A stretch of DNA of 64,000 nt from Nitrospirota bacterium (GCA_963845245.1 CAWJRJ010000034.1:1-64000), one strand, 5' to 3'. Shown: positions 43,643-55,090, numbered from the stretch's first letter. Notes: generated from the sequence alone by a model not told the origin. Numbers and translations are program-made.

Positions 43643-44399
43643 GCTTCTGAAAGATATACGGGTATGGGACATACTGGACATACTCATCGTGGCCTTCATA
43701 CTTTACCGGGTATTCCTGCTGATAAAGGGGACCCGCGCGGTACAGATGGTCGTCGGGCTGGTCCTGCTCCTGGCAATACTCCTGTTCTCACGATGGGCCA
43801 ACCTTTACACCATGAGCTGGCTGGTGCAGGGCTTCATGGCGCAGATAGTAATCGTCATACTTGTTCTTTTTCAACCGGAGTTGCGGCGCGCGCTCGCGCA
43901 CATGGGAGAAAGCCCGCTTTTCTCGTCACTTTCCCCGGTTGAGTCGTCGAGGTTCCTGGACGAGATCGTCAAGGCGGCCGTGGCACTGGCCAACCGCCGG
44001 ATCGGCGCACTGATAGTGCTGGAGCGGGAGACCGACCTAAAGAATATCGTCGAGATGGGCACAGAGGTGGACTCCAAGGTTAGCAAGGAGCTGATGCTTA
44101 GCATATTCCACCCCACCTCCCCGATACACGACGGCGCGATAATCATTCAGGCCGGAAGGGTTGCCGCAGCCGGCTGTTTCCTCCCTCTTACCATGAGTTC
44201 GTCCGTGAACAAGGCACTTGGTACAAGGCACAGGGCAGCTATCGGCCTTACCGAGGAGACGGACGCGGTGGTCGTGGTCGTGTCGGAGGAGACCGGCACA
44301 ATATCCCTGGTGACCGGGGGCGCCCTTAACCGCGACCTGGACGCCGTCTCGTTGAGACGGGCCCTGACCAGGATATTCGTCACCCAGAAAAAGAAATAA
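43626..44399 (+). CDS. cdaA: diadenylate cyclase CdaA/DacA
   Basis: 3 N-terminal TMs, FQPELRR, HDGA and GTRHRAA DAC motifs, VSEETG. Confidence 0.95.
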   Translation: MVQLLELLKDIRVWDILDILIVAFILYRVFLLIKGTRAVQMVVGLVLLLAILLFSRWANLYTMSWLVQGFMAQIVIVILVLFQPELRRALAHMGESPLFSSLSPVESSRFLDEIVKAAVALANRRIGALIVLERETDLKNIVEMGTEVDSKVSKELMLSIFHPTSPIHDGAIIIQAGRVAAAGCFLPLTMSSSVNKALGTRHRAAIGLTEETDAVVVVVSEETGTISLVTGGALNRDLDAVSLRRALTRIFVTQKKK

Positions 44400-44406
44400 G
44401 GCCAGG

Positions 44407-45085
44407 ATGATAAAGACCCTTAAAAGATTATTCGTCGAGAATTTTCTGATCAAGCTCTTTTCGCTGGTTTTCGCGGTGGCCCTCTGGCTCCACGTGGTCG
44501 CACGCGGCACGGCCGAGGTGAATTTCATCGTCCCGCTCGAACTGAGGGACATACCTCAAAGCATGATGGTCGTAGGGCAGACGCCCGGATACGTCGACGT
44601 CCGGCTTCAGGGCCAGGAGGGAATGGTTAAAAGGCTGTCCGCCAGAGACATAAGCGCCTTCGTAAGCCTCTCTGACGCAAAGGCCGGCGAGCTGGCATTC
44701 AACCTCTCACCGTCGAACGTAACCGTGCCGGGCACTATAAAAGTGGCAGGAATAAGCCCCGCGGAGGTCAAGCTTCACCTCGAGAAGATCATTGAGGAAA
44801 GAACTTGCCGTCAAACCCGAGGTGACGGGCAGGCCTGCGCCCGGTTACAGGGTCGAAAGCGTGGACGTCTTCCCGAAGACTGTGACGGCGCAGGGGCCTG
44901 AAAGCTCGCTACGGAAATTAACCGAAGCCCTTACCGCAAGCGTCAGCGTGGACGGTGCTACCGGCAGTTTCGACAAGATGGCAAAGGTGGAGCCGCCTGC
45001 AGAATACGGGGTCAAACTTGAGGAGTACAGCGTGAGGATAACGGTTACCCTCACCAAAGCCAGAAAACAGGCGAGGGAACAGTAA
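44407..45085 (+). CDS. cdaR: YbbR-domain CdaA regulator (1 frameshift near 44795)
   Basis: N-terminal TM ([12 protein letters not shown]), two YbbR-like domains; located between cdaA and glmM. Confidence 0.85.
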
Positions 45086-46433
45086 TGCGCAAACTTTTCG
45101 GCACTGACGGGGTCAGGGGTACGGCCAACACGCACCCGATGACGACCGAGATGGCCATGAAGCTTGGCCGGGCCGCCGCATATGTATTCAGGAACAGCGG
45201 CGCACGCCACAGGATAGTTATAGGCAAGGATACCCGCCTATCCGGCTATATGCTGGAGTCCGCGCTCACTTCCGGCATCTGCTCCATGGGCGTGGACGTG
45301 CTCCTGGTGGGGCCGCTGCCCACCCCGGCATAGCCTTCATCACAAGGAGCCTGAGGGCGGACGCGGGCGTCGTGATATCCGCGTCGCACAACCCTTTCGA
45401 GGACAACGGGATCAAGTTCTTTTCGAGAGACGGCTTCAAGCTGCCGGACGAACAGGAGATGCGCATAGAGGATCTGATCACATCCGGCGAGATAGACCAC
45501 ATACGCCCCACCGCCCATGAAGTCGGCAAGGCGTTCAGGATAGACGACGCCGTCGGGCGGTATATCGAGTCGGTCAAAAGCGGTTTCCCGAAGGGTATGA
45601 CCCTCGAGGGGATAAAGGTGGTCATGGACTGCGCGAACGGCGCGGCATACAAGGTAAGCCCCCTTGTGCTGAAGGAGCTCGGCGCCGAAGTGTTCGTTTT
45701 AAACGACAAGCCGAACGGCACCAACATAAACGCCGGGTGCGGCTCGCTCCACCCGGAGGTGATCCAGAAGGCCGTCATAGAGCAGGGCGCCGACATCGGT
45801 ATCGCCCATGACGGCGATGCTGACCGGGTGATATTCTGCGACGAGAAGGGCCGCGAGTTCGACGGCGACAAGGTACTGGCACTTTGCGCGATAGACATGA
45901 AAAAGGAAAAACGCCTCTCCCGCAATACCGCCGTCGCAACGGTGATGAGCAACCTGGGCCTGGAACTCGCGCTCAAGAAGGCGGGCATAAAACTTGTCCG
46001 GACGGCGGTAGGAGACAGGTACGTGGTCGAGGAGATGCGGAAGGGCGGCTACAACCTTGGCGGCGAGCAGTCGGGACACGTCATATTCATGGACTACAAC
46101 ACAACCGGAGACGGCATCATAACCGCACTACAGGTGCTCTCCGTCATGAAGAAGACCGGCAAGAGGCTATCGGAACTCTCCAAGGTGATGACAACGTACC
46201 CGCAGGTACTGGTGAACGTGCCGGTGAAGTCCAAAAAGGACATAATGGAGCTGCCCAGGCTTGCCCGCAAGGTTGCAGAAGCAGAACAAAAGCTGGATGG
46301 TAACGGCCGGCTGCTTATAAGATATTCAGGGACTGAGCCAAAGCTTCGGATCATGGCTGAAGGCAAGGACCTCGCATTCATAGAAGAGATGGTGAACGAA
46401 CTTGCACGGTCCATAAAAGAAGAAATAGGCTAG
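45085..46433 (+). CDS. glmM: phosphoglucosamine mutase (1 frameshift near 45325)
   Basis: [42 protein letters not shown]. Confidence 0.96.
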
Positions 46434-46441
46434 GCAACCAA

Positions 46442-48928
46442 ATGTCATTCGAATTAAAACCTTACCTCGACGACCTGCTCAGACTCCTGCAGCCTATCAA
46501 AGACTACATAGATGCCCATTCCAGTACCATCCCGTGGGGTATCGGTGACTTGTTGCGTGAGATACCTCTGTGGCTATACGCAGCGTCCGCTACATTTATC
46601 GTACTGGGTGCGCTGCTTACGTCATACGAGGTGCTGCTAGGCATCCAACGCAAGGCGATGCTGCGGCTGCAGGGCTCGAACCTCGGCGTAGCCAAGGAGA
46701 AGAAACGCATAGTATCCGAGGCTGCGAGGTTCGCCAAGAAGAAGAATTTCCTGCGCGCTGCAGACCTCTACCTGACAGTCGGCGAAGACAGGCTTGCGGC
46801 AGGGGTCCTCGAGGAAGGCGGGGTTTACGGTAAAGCCGGCCAGATATATTCCGCAATGGGTGACCTTGACCGCGCCATAAGTCTCTACGAGATGGCTGGA
46901 GAGAACAACTGGTTAGCCGACACACTCATCAAAAAAGGCGACTATGCAAGGGCGGCAGAGATATTCGTGAAGACAGGCAAGAATATCCTTGCTGCAGAGG
47001 CCTACGAAAAAGCCGGGATAAGCCGCGAGGCAGCCAGGCTTTTTGAGGACGCAGGGCATACGGTATCCGCAGCAAACCACTACGAGAAAGCAGGCAATTA
47101 CAAGAAGGCGGCTGCCCTTTTCGACCGCGCATATATCGAGGGCGCTTCTTCTCTTGAGGCACAATCCCCTGAAAGGTCCGCGAAACTGAACGAGTTCTCC
47201 CTCAAGGCCGGCAATTATTTTTTCAAGTCTGGAGACTTTTCAAAGGCCGCCGAGGCGTTCTCAAGGTGCAAGGCATACTCACAGGCAGGCGAGGCTGCGT
47301 TGTCCGGCGGAGAAAAGGAGAGGGCCGCCGATTACTTCACTGCAGCCAAGGAGTTTGACAGGGCCGCCCGGATCTATTCCGATATGGGAAACATCCGCAA
47401 GGCAAGTGAGGTACTGGCCGAACAGGCCGTTGAGACTGGAGACGACACAAAAGGCGCCGCCATGTACATGGAAGCAGGCGACTACTTAAAGGCCGCCGAG
47501 ATTTTTGACAGGGCCGGAGATTACCCGAAAGCCGGAGAAGCCTACCTGAAGGAAATGGAGTACGGCTCTGCGGCCGACATGTTCGCAAAGGCCGAAGACT
47601 ATGACAGGGCTGCCGAGGCATACGTCAAGGCCGGAAACCCAAGGATTGCAACTGACCTTTTCATGAAGAACGGGCAACCGGAGAAGGCCTCTGCCCTGGC
47701 GGAGGAATCAGGGGATTTCATCCTGGCCGCCGACCTGTACGCAAACCTGGGCCTGCGTGAGAAGGAGCTTAATGCTCTCCAGAGGGTGTTGCCTGACGAC
47801 CATATGTACTACTCGGCCATCATACGCCTGGCGGAGTCTTTCAAGGCGGATGGGAATATGCGGCTTGCAGCCGAAAAGTACCTGCAAGGCATAAATGGCG
47901 CCGAGGCGGATTCGTCAAACCTCGAACTTTACTACAACCTGGCCGGCGTCTATGAGGCGGCCAAAAAATTTGAAGACGCACTTGCCACCTACCAGAAGAT
48001 CCAGCTCGTAGATTTCAGGTACATGGACGTCGACGAGCGGATCAAGCAATGCGTGATGAGTATAAGCCGCTCGGCGACCCAGCAGGGCGGCGATGAGGCG
48101 CAAAGCGAAGCATACCGTGCGCGTGAGGCCGAGAAGAGATATTCCATCCTGCAGGAAATCGGACGTGGCGGCATGGGCGTGGTCTACAAGGCAAAAGACA
48201 ACCACCTTAACAGGATCATAGCGCTTAAGCTCCTGACCAAAAGCATAAGCAGCAACCCCAACGTGCTCAAGAGGTTTGCAGCCGAGGCGCGTTCAGCGGC
48301 CTCACTTAACCATGCAAACATAGTGACGCTCTTCGACTTCCAGCAGGCCGGTGGCAGAAGTTTCATCACAATGGAATATGTGGAAGGGGTCACGCTGAAA
48401 AAGTTGATGGGCATGGCCGACCGGCTCCCGCTTACCAAGGCCCTGAAGATCATATACCAGTGTTGCCAGGGGCTCGATTATGCGCACAAGGCTGGCATGA
48501 TCCATCGCGACATAAAACCCAGCAACATAATGATAAGCAAACAGAACATCGTAAAGATAATGGACTTCGGGCTGGCCAAGATTGCGGGCGAGGAAACCAT
48601 ATCAGAGGCCGGCACTATAAGTGGTACTGTCCTTTATATGGCACCCGAGCAGCTTTTGGGCGACAAGCTCGACCGGACGGTGGACATCTATGCGCTCGGG
48701 CTGGTGCTGTACGAGCTTGTCACCGGTACCCACCCTTACGCGGTCGGGGACGCCGCATACCACCACGTCCACTCGAAACCGAAGCCGCCCAAGGAACTGC
48801 GGCCGGAGATACCGGACAACCTGAACAACATCATCCTTTCATGCCTTGAGAAGAACCCGGCCAAAAGGATCCAGAGCGCATCCCAACTTGCCCTTGCATT
48901 GAGGGAGGTTCCACTCAACCCGTCGTGA
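46442..48928 (+). CDS. membrane-anchored TPR/SNAP-like repeat protein with a C-terminal Hanks-type Ser/Thr kinase
   Basis: One TM, ~450 aa of helical repeats, IGRGGMGVVY, ALK, HRDIKPSN, DFG, YMAPE. Confidence 0.92.
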   Translation: MSFELKPYLDDLLRLLQPIKDYIDAHSSTIPWGIGDLLREIPLWLYAASATFIVLGALLTSYEVLLGIQRKAMLRLQGSNLGVAKEKKRIVSEAARFAKKKNFLRAADLYLTVGEDRLAAGVLEEGGVYGKAGQIYSAMGDLDRAISLYEMAGENNWLADTLIKKGDYARAAEIFVKTGKNILAAEAYEKAGISREAARLFEDAGHTVSAANHYEKAGNYKKAAALFDRAYIEGASSLEAQSPERSAKLNEFSLKAGNYFFKSGDFSKAAEAFSRCKAYSQAGEAALSGGEKERAADYFTAAKEFDRAARIYSDMGNIRKASEVLAEQAVETGDDTKGAAMYMEAGDYLKAAEIFDRAGDYPKAGEAYLKEMEYGSAADMFAKAEDYDRAAEAYVKAGNPRIATDLFMKNGQPEKASALAEESGDFILAADLYANLGLREKELNALQRVLPDDHMYYSAIIRLAESFKADGNMRLAAEKYLQGINGAEADSSNLELYYNLAGVYEAAKKFEDALATYQKIQLVDFRYMDVDERIKQCVMSISRSATQQGGDEAQSEAYRAREAEKRYSILQEIGRGGMGVVYKAKDNHLNRIIALKLLTKSISSNPNVLKRFAAEARSAASLNHANIVTLFDFQQAGGRSFITMEYVEGVTLKKLMGMADRLPLTKALKIIYQCCQGLDYAHKAGMIHRDIKPSNIMISKQNIVKIMDFGLAKIAGEETISEAGTISGTVLYMAPEQLLGDKLDRTVDIYALGLVLYELVTGTHPYAVGDAAYHHVHSKPKPPKELRPEIPDNLNNIILSCLEKNPAKRIQSASQLALALREVPLNPS

Positions 48929-51442
48929 CGTCCGCTGACAGGGCCCGGCCTGCTTTTACCCATAGCGCTCCTCTTGTCCCTGCCGCGGCCGGGCTTATAG
49001 CCGGGATAGCATCCGCGCGGATTTTCCTGTTTTTCCCCTGCACCACCTCTCTTCTTTTAGCCTCGGCCGCTATAGCCATACTTGTCACAAAAAAACTTTC
49101 CCGCCCATTAAAGTTATCGGCTCTCGCATTCCTTTCCGCTGGATTCATAATTTATTTCCTTTACGGTCCAGGCTCGCCACCGCTGCTTTACAGCCATATT
49201 GGAAAAGGCCCGGTAAAGATATCTGGCGATGTAGCGGGGCAGCCGCAAGAGCATGAAGGCAAGACGACCCTGTCCCTGAAGCCTGACATTATCGGCGGTT
49301 TTCCGGCCTTTCATAGAAGAAGTCTTATACGGCTTACCATAAAAGGCACCGGCCTTGGAATATCCAATGGTGACGCGCTTCTGGCAAATCTGAAACTGGA
49401 GGAGCCAGGTGGGTTCAGGAACCCGGGTGGCTTTAACTGGGCGGACTATACCGCCCTTAAGGGCGAAGAGGCCGAAAGCTATGCCTGTGCATCAGACATA
49501 ACGAGGCAGGGAAACCGGTCATGGGCTTTTTTCAGACAGCTCGACGAGTTTCGTACAGAGCTGCTTGAATTGTCGGCTAAAGGTCTTCCCGGTGAAGAAG
49601 GCGCGCTTTTTAAATCGCTGATACTCGGCGACCAGGGTTCAATCACGGAAGGGATGCGCGACCGGTTCGCCGCAACCGGGACGACGCACATCCTGTCCGT
49701 GTCCGGCTCCCATATAGCGCTCCTGGTGCTCTTCATCTTCCTTGTTGCCGACGGACTTTTCCTGATGCTCCCGCACCCTCTCGCGCTCAGGCTCAGTCTC
49801 TGGTTCGACCACAAAAAGGCGGCGGCGGCAGCCTGCCTCCTTGCCGCGCTTGCATACAGCCTGCTGGCAGGCATGGAGGTGGCCACCGTACGCTCGCTTA
49901 TAATGATTACCGCATTCCTTGTCGCACGGATGGTCGACCGCGAGGCGCGTATTTTAAACATACTGTCCGCCGCCGCGATTGCAGTGCTTGTATGGGACCC
50001 TACCGCGCTTTTCGATATCTCATTCCAGCTTTCATACGGCTCGGTACTTTTCATGGCCCTTGCGGCTGAGAACATGCAGACAAGCCCTGGCCCGAGGAGG
50101 CCGGGCATCTTTAAGAAGGGCATAGACAGCGTTTCTGTCGCGGTACTGACATCAATAGTGGTCATAGCGGGCACTGCGCCGAAAGTCGCAGGCGAGTTCA
50201 ACTCCTTCTCGCTGGTGGCCCTGCCCGCCAACATGGTAGCCGTGCCTATCGCCGGGATAGCCGCCGTGCCGGTGGGCCTCATATCATGCCTTATCCATGC
50301 TATACATCCGGGCAGTACGCTGCCGCTGCTTGAGGTTAACCGGGCCGTCCTGCATATATTCCTGATGCTGGTAGGATGGTTCTCAGCCGTACCGTCGGCA
50401 AACCTGCACCCTGCGGGCCCCGGAATCATCCTGTCAGCCGTCTTTCTATGCAGCACTTGTCGTAACGCTGCTTTGGAAGACCGGCGCGCTCCGGAAGACT
50501 GCCGCCGTCGCAGGTTGCCTCGTTGGCTTCCTGGCGGCAGACAACCTGCCCACCATGCACCCACACGAGATGCGCGTGACCTTCCTGGACGTGGGGCAGG
50601 GAGACTCGGCGCTTGTGGAGTTTCCTGACGGCAGGAACATGTTGATTGACGGAGGAGGGAACCCCAGGGGCATCGACCCTGGCAGGGCCGCCGTTGCGCC
50701 TTACCTCTGGGACAGAGGCATCAGGCGCATCGACATACTTGTCCTTTCACACCCGCACCCGGACCATGCCGGCGGCCTGATATATATACTTGATAATTTT
50801 AAAATCGGACAAGTCTGGGAGTGTGGGGTGGCCGCTTCATCTGTCGAGTACGCCGCCTTCAACGGGCTTGTCAGAATCAAAAGAAATACCAAGAAGCGAA
50901 ATATCGGATACGGGTGAGATCTCTTTCGGCGGGACGGTGATACAGGTATTGTCAAACCGGAGGCGACCCATCGGACGATGCAGACAAGGAAGACTATGTC
51001 AGGGAGAACAACCGTTCACTGGTGCTGAGGATAAAATACGGCGAGGTATCGGTCCTTTTCCCAGGCGACATACAGGTGGACGCGCAGGACGCATTGCTGA
51101 ATGCGAGACCTCCTCTGCCGCTTAAATCTACCGTCCTCAAGGCGCCCCACCACGGAGGCAAGAAGCTCCCTGAACGAGCGGTTCCTTCTGGCCGTAAGAC
51201 CTGAAGCCGCATCGGTCTCGATAGGGCGTTCTTTCTTTGACAAGGGGTTTCCAGATGAAATGACCGGATTTCTTGAAGGCATGGGTGCCAAGGTCTATAA
51301 TACGCACGAAAGCGGGGCTATTGTCTTAAATACCGATGGCACAGGTTACAGGATTGAAACATACGAAGAAAGAGAACTAAAACCGGCTTCAGGTCCCTGG
51401 CAGGAACTGGAAAATTACAGGCGGCTCAGTATTGTTCCCTGA
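48925..51442 (+). CDS. comEC: DNA uptake channel ComEC/Rec2 (several frameshifts)
   Basis: NPGGFN, GTTHILSVSGSH, SFQLS, FLDVGQGD, SHPHPDH, APHHG metallo-beta-lactamase motifs. Confidence 0.92.
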
Positions 51443-51450
51443 GCGCGCCA

Positions 51451-52329
51451 TTATCCCCGGACAGGTGCGTCGCTCTTTTTCCTTCTTAAATACTGAAAAA
51501 TGAATTTCTGCAAGAAGCTGTAATGTCTAATACTAAATCTTTGAAGCGGCTTCGCAGGGTCTACGGCGGCGGGTTTGTAGACATGGTAAGATCTAGCGAG
51601 TTCTCGCTGAAAAGTCCCGTCTTGTATTTTTTTGAAACACCGTCTTAATTCGTCATCTCGCTCTTGTTCAGACCAACCTTTTCGGCCCGACCGCAGGAAA
51701 CTTACGGCTGTAACTTTCTTAGTCGTCTTACAGCGGCTGCCGTAAACGCAAATAAATTTACGCCACATAAAAGTGTCTGTCGGGATACCTTCGGGCGTGG
51801 ATACCCAGCCTTCTTCTAATTCATGATAGCTTTTTCTTGTGTGAGCGCCACAAGTCAGGCCGAAATAGCCATTTCCATTCAATATTCTTTTTCTGATTCC
51901 CGGGTTCTGGATATCGGCGAGGATCCCCTTAAGATTTTTGAGTTTTAAGCTGTAAGCCGGTTTGGAAATAACAAACAATGAGTTAGTGAAGCAGTGCTGC
52001 GCCAATGTCTTTTCCATCTCCTCGACATGGTTTGGGAGCCATAAATCATCATGGCAGCAATAACAAATTATTTTGCCTGTAGTTTGTTTGATCGCTATAT
52101 CCCTGTATGGTTCTCCAGTCCTCGGCGATTTAGGGAAGGCAAAAACCTTTATGCGGGGATCCTTTTTCGCAAAATTATCAAAAAATGAAACCATGTTTCC
52201 CGGTGAACCGTCGCACAGGACGCATATTTCGATGTCCTTGACCGTTTGGAGTTGAACGCTGTTTATCGCCCAACGGGCAAATTTAGCCTGTCCGAAAGTT
52301 GGTATGATTACAGTTGCCCTGGCTTCCAT
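51451..52329 (-). CDS. GT2-family glycosyltransferase
   Basis: VIIPTF, CDGS, HDDLW.PNH. Confidence 0.85.
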   Translation of the reverse strand: MEARATVIIPTFGQAKFARWAINSVQLQTVKDIEICVLCDGSPGNMVSFFDNFAKKDPRIKVFAFPKSPRTGEPYRDIAIKQTTGKIICYCCHDDLWLPNHVEEMEKTLAQHCFTNSLFVISKPAYSLKLKNLKGILADIQNPGIRKRILNGNGYFGLTCGAHTRKSYHELEEGWVSTPEGIPTDTFMWRKFICVYGSRCKTTKKVTAVSFLRSGRKGWSEQERDDELRRCFKKIQDGTFQRELARSYHVYKPAAVDPAKPLQRFSIRHYSFLQKFIFQYLRRKKSDAPVRG

Positions 52330-52339
52330 ACATTAAATC

Positions 52340-53431
52340 TCAAATAATATTAGGATACGAAAAGCTGCCAGACGGTTCCATGAAACTATCTTCGTCTTGA
52401 TTCCCGGTGCGCTGTTGTATTAATTTCTCTATATAATCGCTAAACACCGGCGGCCTGTGTTTGGTGCCGATAAAATTGTAATTGGCGCTATTGATCTCGT
52501 TCAACCGCTTTAGCCTTTCCGGATGCCATAAAAAGTCATCCTCCAGGTATTCGTTCAGGTTTAACAGTTCCGAATCACTCTCATATTTGCTTTCCGGTCC
52601 GGCATAATTGATGCCGTCCGCGCCGACCTGGATCAAGAAGTGAGCACCGTGAAGCTTTTCGAAGTATAACGGCTTTGTTGAGTAACGTTCGCGCGGCACC
52701 TGAATATTAGCATTTTTCGGCGCTACCTCCATCAGCCTGTCGATTGCGCTCAAAACCCCCGTCTGGTCCGCCTGGACCGGATATTTCTTATCCCAATCGA
52801 CACAATAGGGATGAAAGTACAGCCAGTGTATACCTGCATTCAAGGCTTGAAGACCCACGGCTTCATACCTGTGGTTTACATCCGTGCGCGTCAATATCGA
52901 GGCGCCGATTTCCAGTTTACTTCCCTCCTTGTCGATGCGGTTACGGAGCACCTCGATTTTTTTAAGAGTACCTAAAAAAGATTCCGAGTCTTTTTCTTGC
53001 CAATCATACATGGAAATCCGGATCGAGGTCGCATGCTCCAGGAGGGCATCCTGCGTTTCGCGAAGATGGATATTCGCCCCATTGGATATTACGGCGATTT
53101 CCTTGAACCCTTTCTTGCGCGCCAGGGCAAGGCTTTCAGGAAAATGAGGGACTATAGTCGACTCGCCGCCGGAAAATACTATGCCTGGAGTATGCGGCCC
53201 CAGGACACTGAACAACCTTTCCAAAAATGGGAGCTGAAGCGTATGCGATGACCTCCGTGCCACGGAGTACGGACATGCTGGGCATGAACGCGTGCAGAGC
53301 TGTGTCAGGTCTAATTCTATCGTGGTCGGATAGATATGCTCGCCGTTTAAGTAGGCTTCCAACTTGGCGTGGTCATTTGAAACCTTGGACGGAGCAAAGA
53401 TTTTTGGCTGGATATTCGGCATTAAAAACAT
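52340..53431 (-). CDS. radical SAM enzyme
   Basis: CTRSCPAC (CxxxCxxC), FSGGE, SNG, IRIS. Confidence 0.9.
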   Translation of the reverse strand: MFLMPNIQPKIFAPSKVSNDHAKLEAYLNGEHIYPTTIELDLTQLCTRSCPACPYSVARRSSHTLQLPFLERLFSVLGPHTPGIVFSGGESTIVPHFPESLALARKKGFKEIAVISNGANIHLRETQDALLEHATSIRISMYDWQEKDSESFLGTLKKIEVLRNRIDKEGSKLEIGASILTRTDVNHRYEAVGLQALNAGIHWLYFHPYCVDWDKKYPVQADQTGVLSAIDRLMEVAPKNANIQVPRERYSTKPLYFEKLHGAHFLIQVGADGINYAGPESKYESDSELLNLNEYLEDDFLWHPERLKRLNEINSANYNFIGTKHRPPVFSDYIEKLIQQRTGNQDEDSFMEPSGSFSYPNII

Positions 53432-53453
53432 CCTTTCATGTAGCTTGTTTAAA

Positions 53454-54344
53454 TTAGCTTACGCTGTTCCGGAGGTTTAGAATAGCCTGGGTGACCTCTT
53501 TCGCGCTTTGCAGATTGCAGCGCGGCTTTGGGCCATCATCCAGGTATTCCACGAACTCCTTCAGTTCCAAATAAAGAGGAAAAGTAGTATCAATGGATAG
53601 CTTTTTCTCGCCTTCTTTATCTCTGACGGTGATGTGGTCGTCGTTTGCGTTATAAAGCGAAGCGCAACCTTTGGTTCCAAGGATACTTACACCGCTGATT
53701 TTGTTGCAGTGTCTGCCGCTTACGGAAATGATTACTGTCGGCTTATCTCCCATCATAGCCGTTAAACCGACAGGCGTTCCGGCCTGATTCTTTATAACGT
53801 TGGCGGCTTTGACCTTGTTGGGGATATATCCCAGAATATGTTTGATGATTGTCAGGTCATGAACGGACTGTGTCCAAAAGACGTCTCCGCCGTGAAAGTC
53901 GCTCACCCAGGCATGCCTGGTCGTGGATAACTCCCCTATTTCCCCCAGCCTTCCTGATTTGGCGACTAAACGCAACGCTTCAATGCCCGGGTGGTAATGC
54001 CATTTATGCATGGCATAAATATAATCCTCTCCTCCCAGATTTTTTAGAAGGTCGAAATCTTCCAAAGACAGACAGAGGGTCTTTTCCGCAAAAACAGGTT
54101 TTTTATGAATTAACAGCCCTGCGCACACTTTTGTCAGATCAGGAATAGGTACGGCGACCACATATCCATCACAACCGGGCAAATCCTCGGCTCGTGGAAA
54201 AACGCTCACAGCTCCCCTGTCGGAAGCCAGTGACCTCGCCTGAATATCGATATCGGCTACATTGACTTTACAATTCAAGGAGAGCAGGTCTCTTAAGATA
54301 TTTGAACCCCAAGCCCCACAGCCGACCAAGCCTATTGTTTTCAT
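53454..54344 (-). CDS. Gfo/Idh/MocA-family oxidoreductase
   Basis: GLVGCGAWG Rossmann motif, AEK, HDL. Confidence 0.88.
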   Translation of the reverse strand: MKTIGLVGCGAWGSNILRDLLSLNCKVNVADIDIQARSLASDRGAVSVFPRAEDLPGCDGYVVAVPIPDLTKVCAGLLIHKKPVFAEKTLCLSLEDFDLLKNLGGEDYIYAMHKWHYHPGIEALRLVAKSGRLGEIGELSTTRHAWVSDFHGGDVFWTQSVHDLTIIKHILGYIPNKVKAANVIKNQAGTPVGLTAMMGDKPTVIISVSGRHCNKISGVSILGTKGCASLYNANDDHITVRDKEGEKKLSIDTTFPLYLELKEFVEYLDDGPKPRCNLQSAKEVTQAILNLRNSVS

Positions 54345-54394
54345 CTTTTAAAAACCACCCGTTTCCTGTCTATCTACCCGGCAAAGACATACAA

Positions 54395-55048
54395 CTATAA
54401 CCGCCCGCGTCCTAAGAGCCTTGCAATGTCCCCAACCTCATCCGCGATAAAGTCCGCGCCGGCCGCCAGGTTTTTCTCTTTCGTCCCGTAGCCATATCCT
54501 ACCGCACAGCACTTTATCCCGGCCGCCTTGGCGGCAAGAACGTCGTTCGGACTGTCGCCTATCATCAAAGTATCTTCCGCTCTCGCGCCCGCATCAGCCA
54601 TTGCCATTTTAAGCAGAGCCGGGTCCGGCTTCACGGGCAGGCCCATCTTCCAGCCGTGCGCAGTAACAAAATGTCCGGCTATCCCAAGCCCTTTAAGTAT
54701 CAGCAGCATGTGCGCGTTGGGCTTGTTGGTTACCACCGCAAGCCTATGCCCAACCGAAAGCCTCTCCAGCATTTCCTTTATGCCCGGGTAGAGCCTTGTG
54801 GTGTCGAGCACGTGCTCCCTGTAAACTTCCCAGAACACGTCCACGCCTTTGTCCACCAGGGCCTCCATGCCGTCGGGAAGCGACCTGCGGATAAGGTTGT
54901 GCATGCCTCCGCCGATGAAACCGTATATCGCCTCCGGCGGCCTGTGCGGCAGGTTGAACTCGTCCAGCGTGAGGTTCACGGAAAGCGCTATGTCTTTGCG
55001 TGAGTCTACAAGGGTCCCGTCAAGGTCGAACATCAAAAAGCCGTACAT
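54395..55048 (-). CDS. gph: HAD-IA phosphatase (phosphoglycolate phosphatase-like)
   Basis: FDLDGTLVDS, VTNKP, KPDP, IGDS.ND. Confidence 0.85.
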   Translation of the reverse strand: MYGFLMFDLDGTLVDSRKDIALSVNLTLDEFNLPHRPPEAIYGFIGGGMHNLIRRSLPDGMEALVDKGVDVFWEVYREHVLDTTRLYPGIKEMLERLSVGHRLAVVTNKPNAHMLLILKGLGIAGHFVTAHGWKMGLPVKPDPALLKMAMADAGARAEDTLMIGDSPNDVLAAKAAGIKCCAVGYGYGTKEKNLAAGADFIADEVGDIARLLGRGRL

Positions 55049-55061
55049 TTCGTCTCCAGAG

Positions 55062-55090
55062 AAAAAAGCCCCGGGAAAACTCCCGGGGCT
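55062..55090 (-). terminator. intrinsic terminator after the S8 protease gene
   Basis: AGCCCCGGGA-GTT-TTCCCGGGGCT plus T-run on the minus strand. Confidence 0.8.

Noticed and set aside
46700..48050. Periodic repeats in the kinase and TPR genes as DNA repeat arrays
   Set aside because: Periodicity is at the protein level (TPR/SNAP-like helices) with divergent codons
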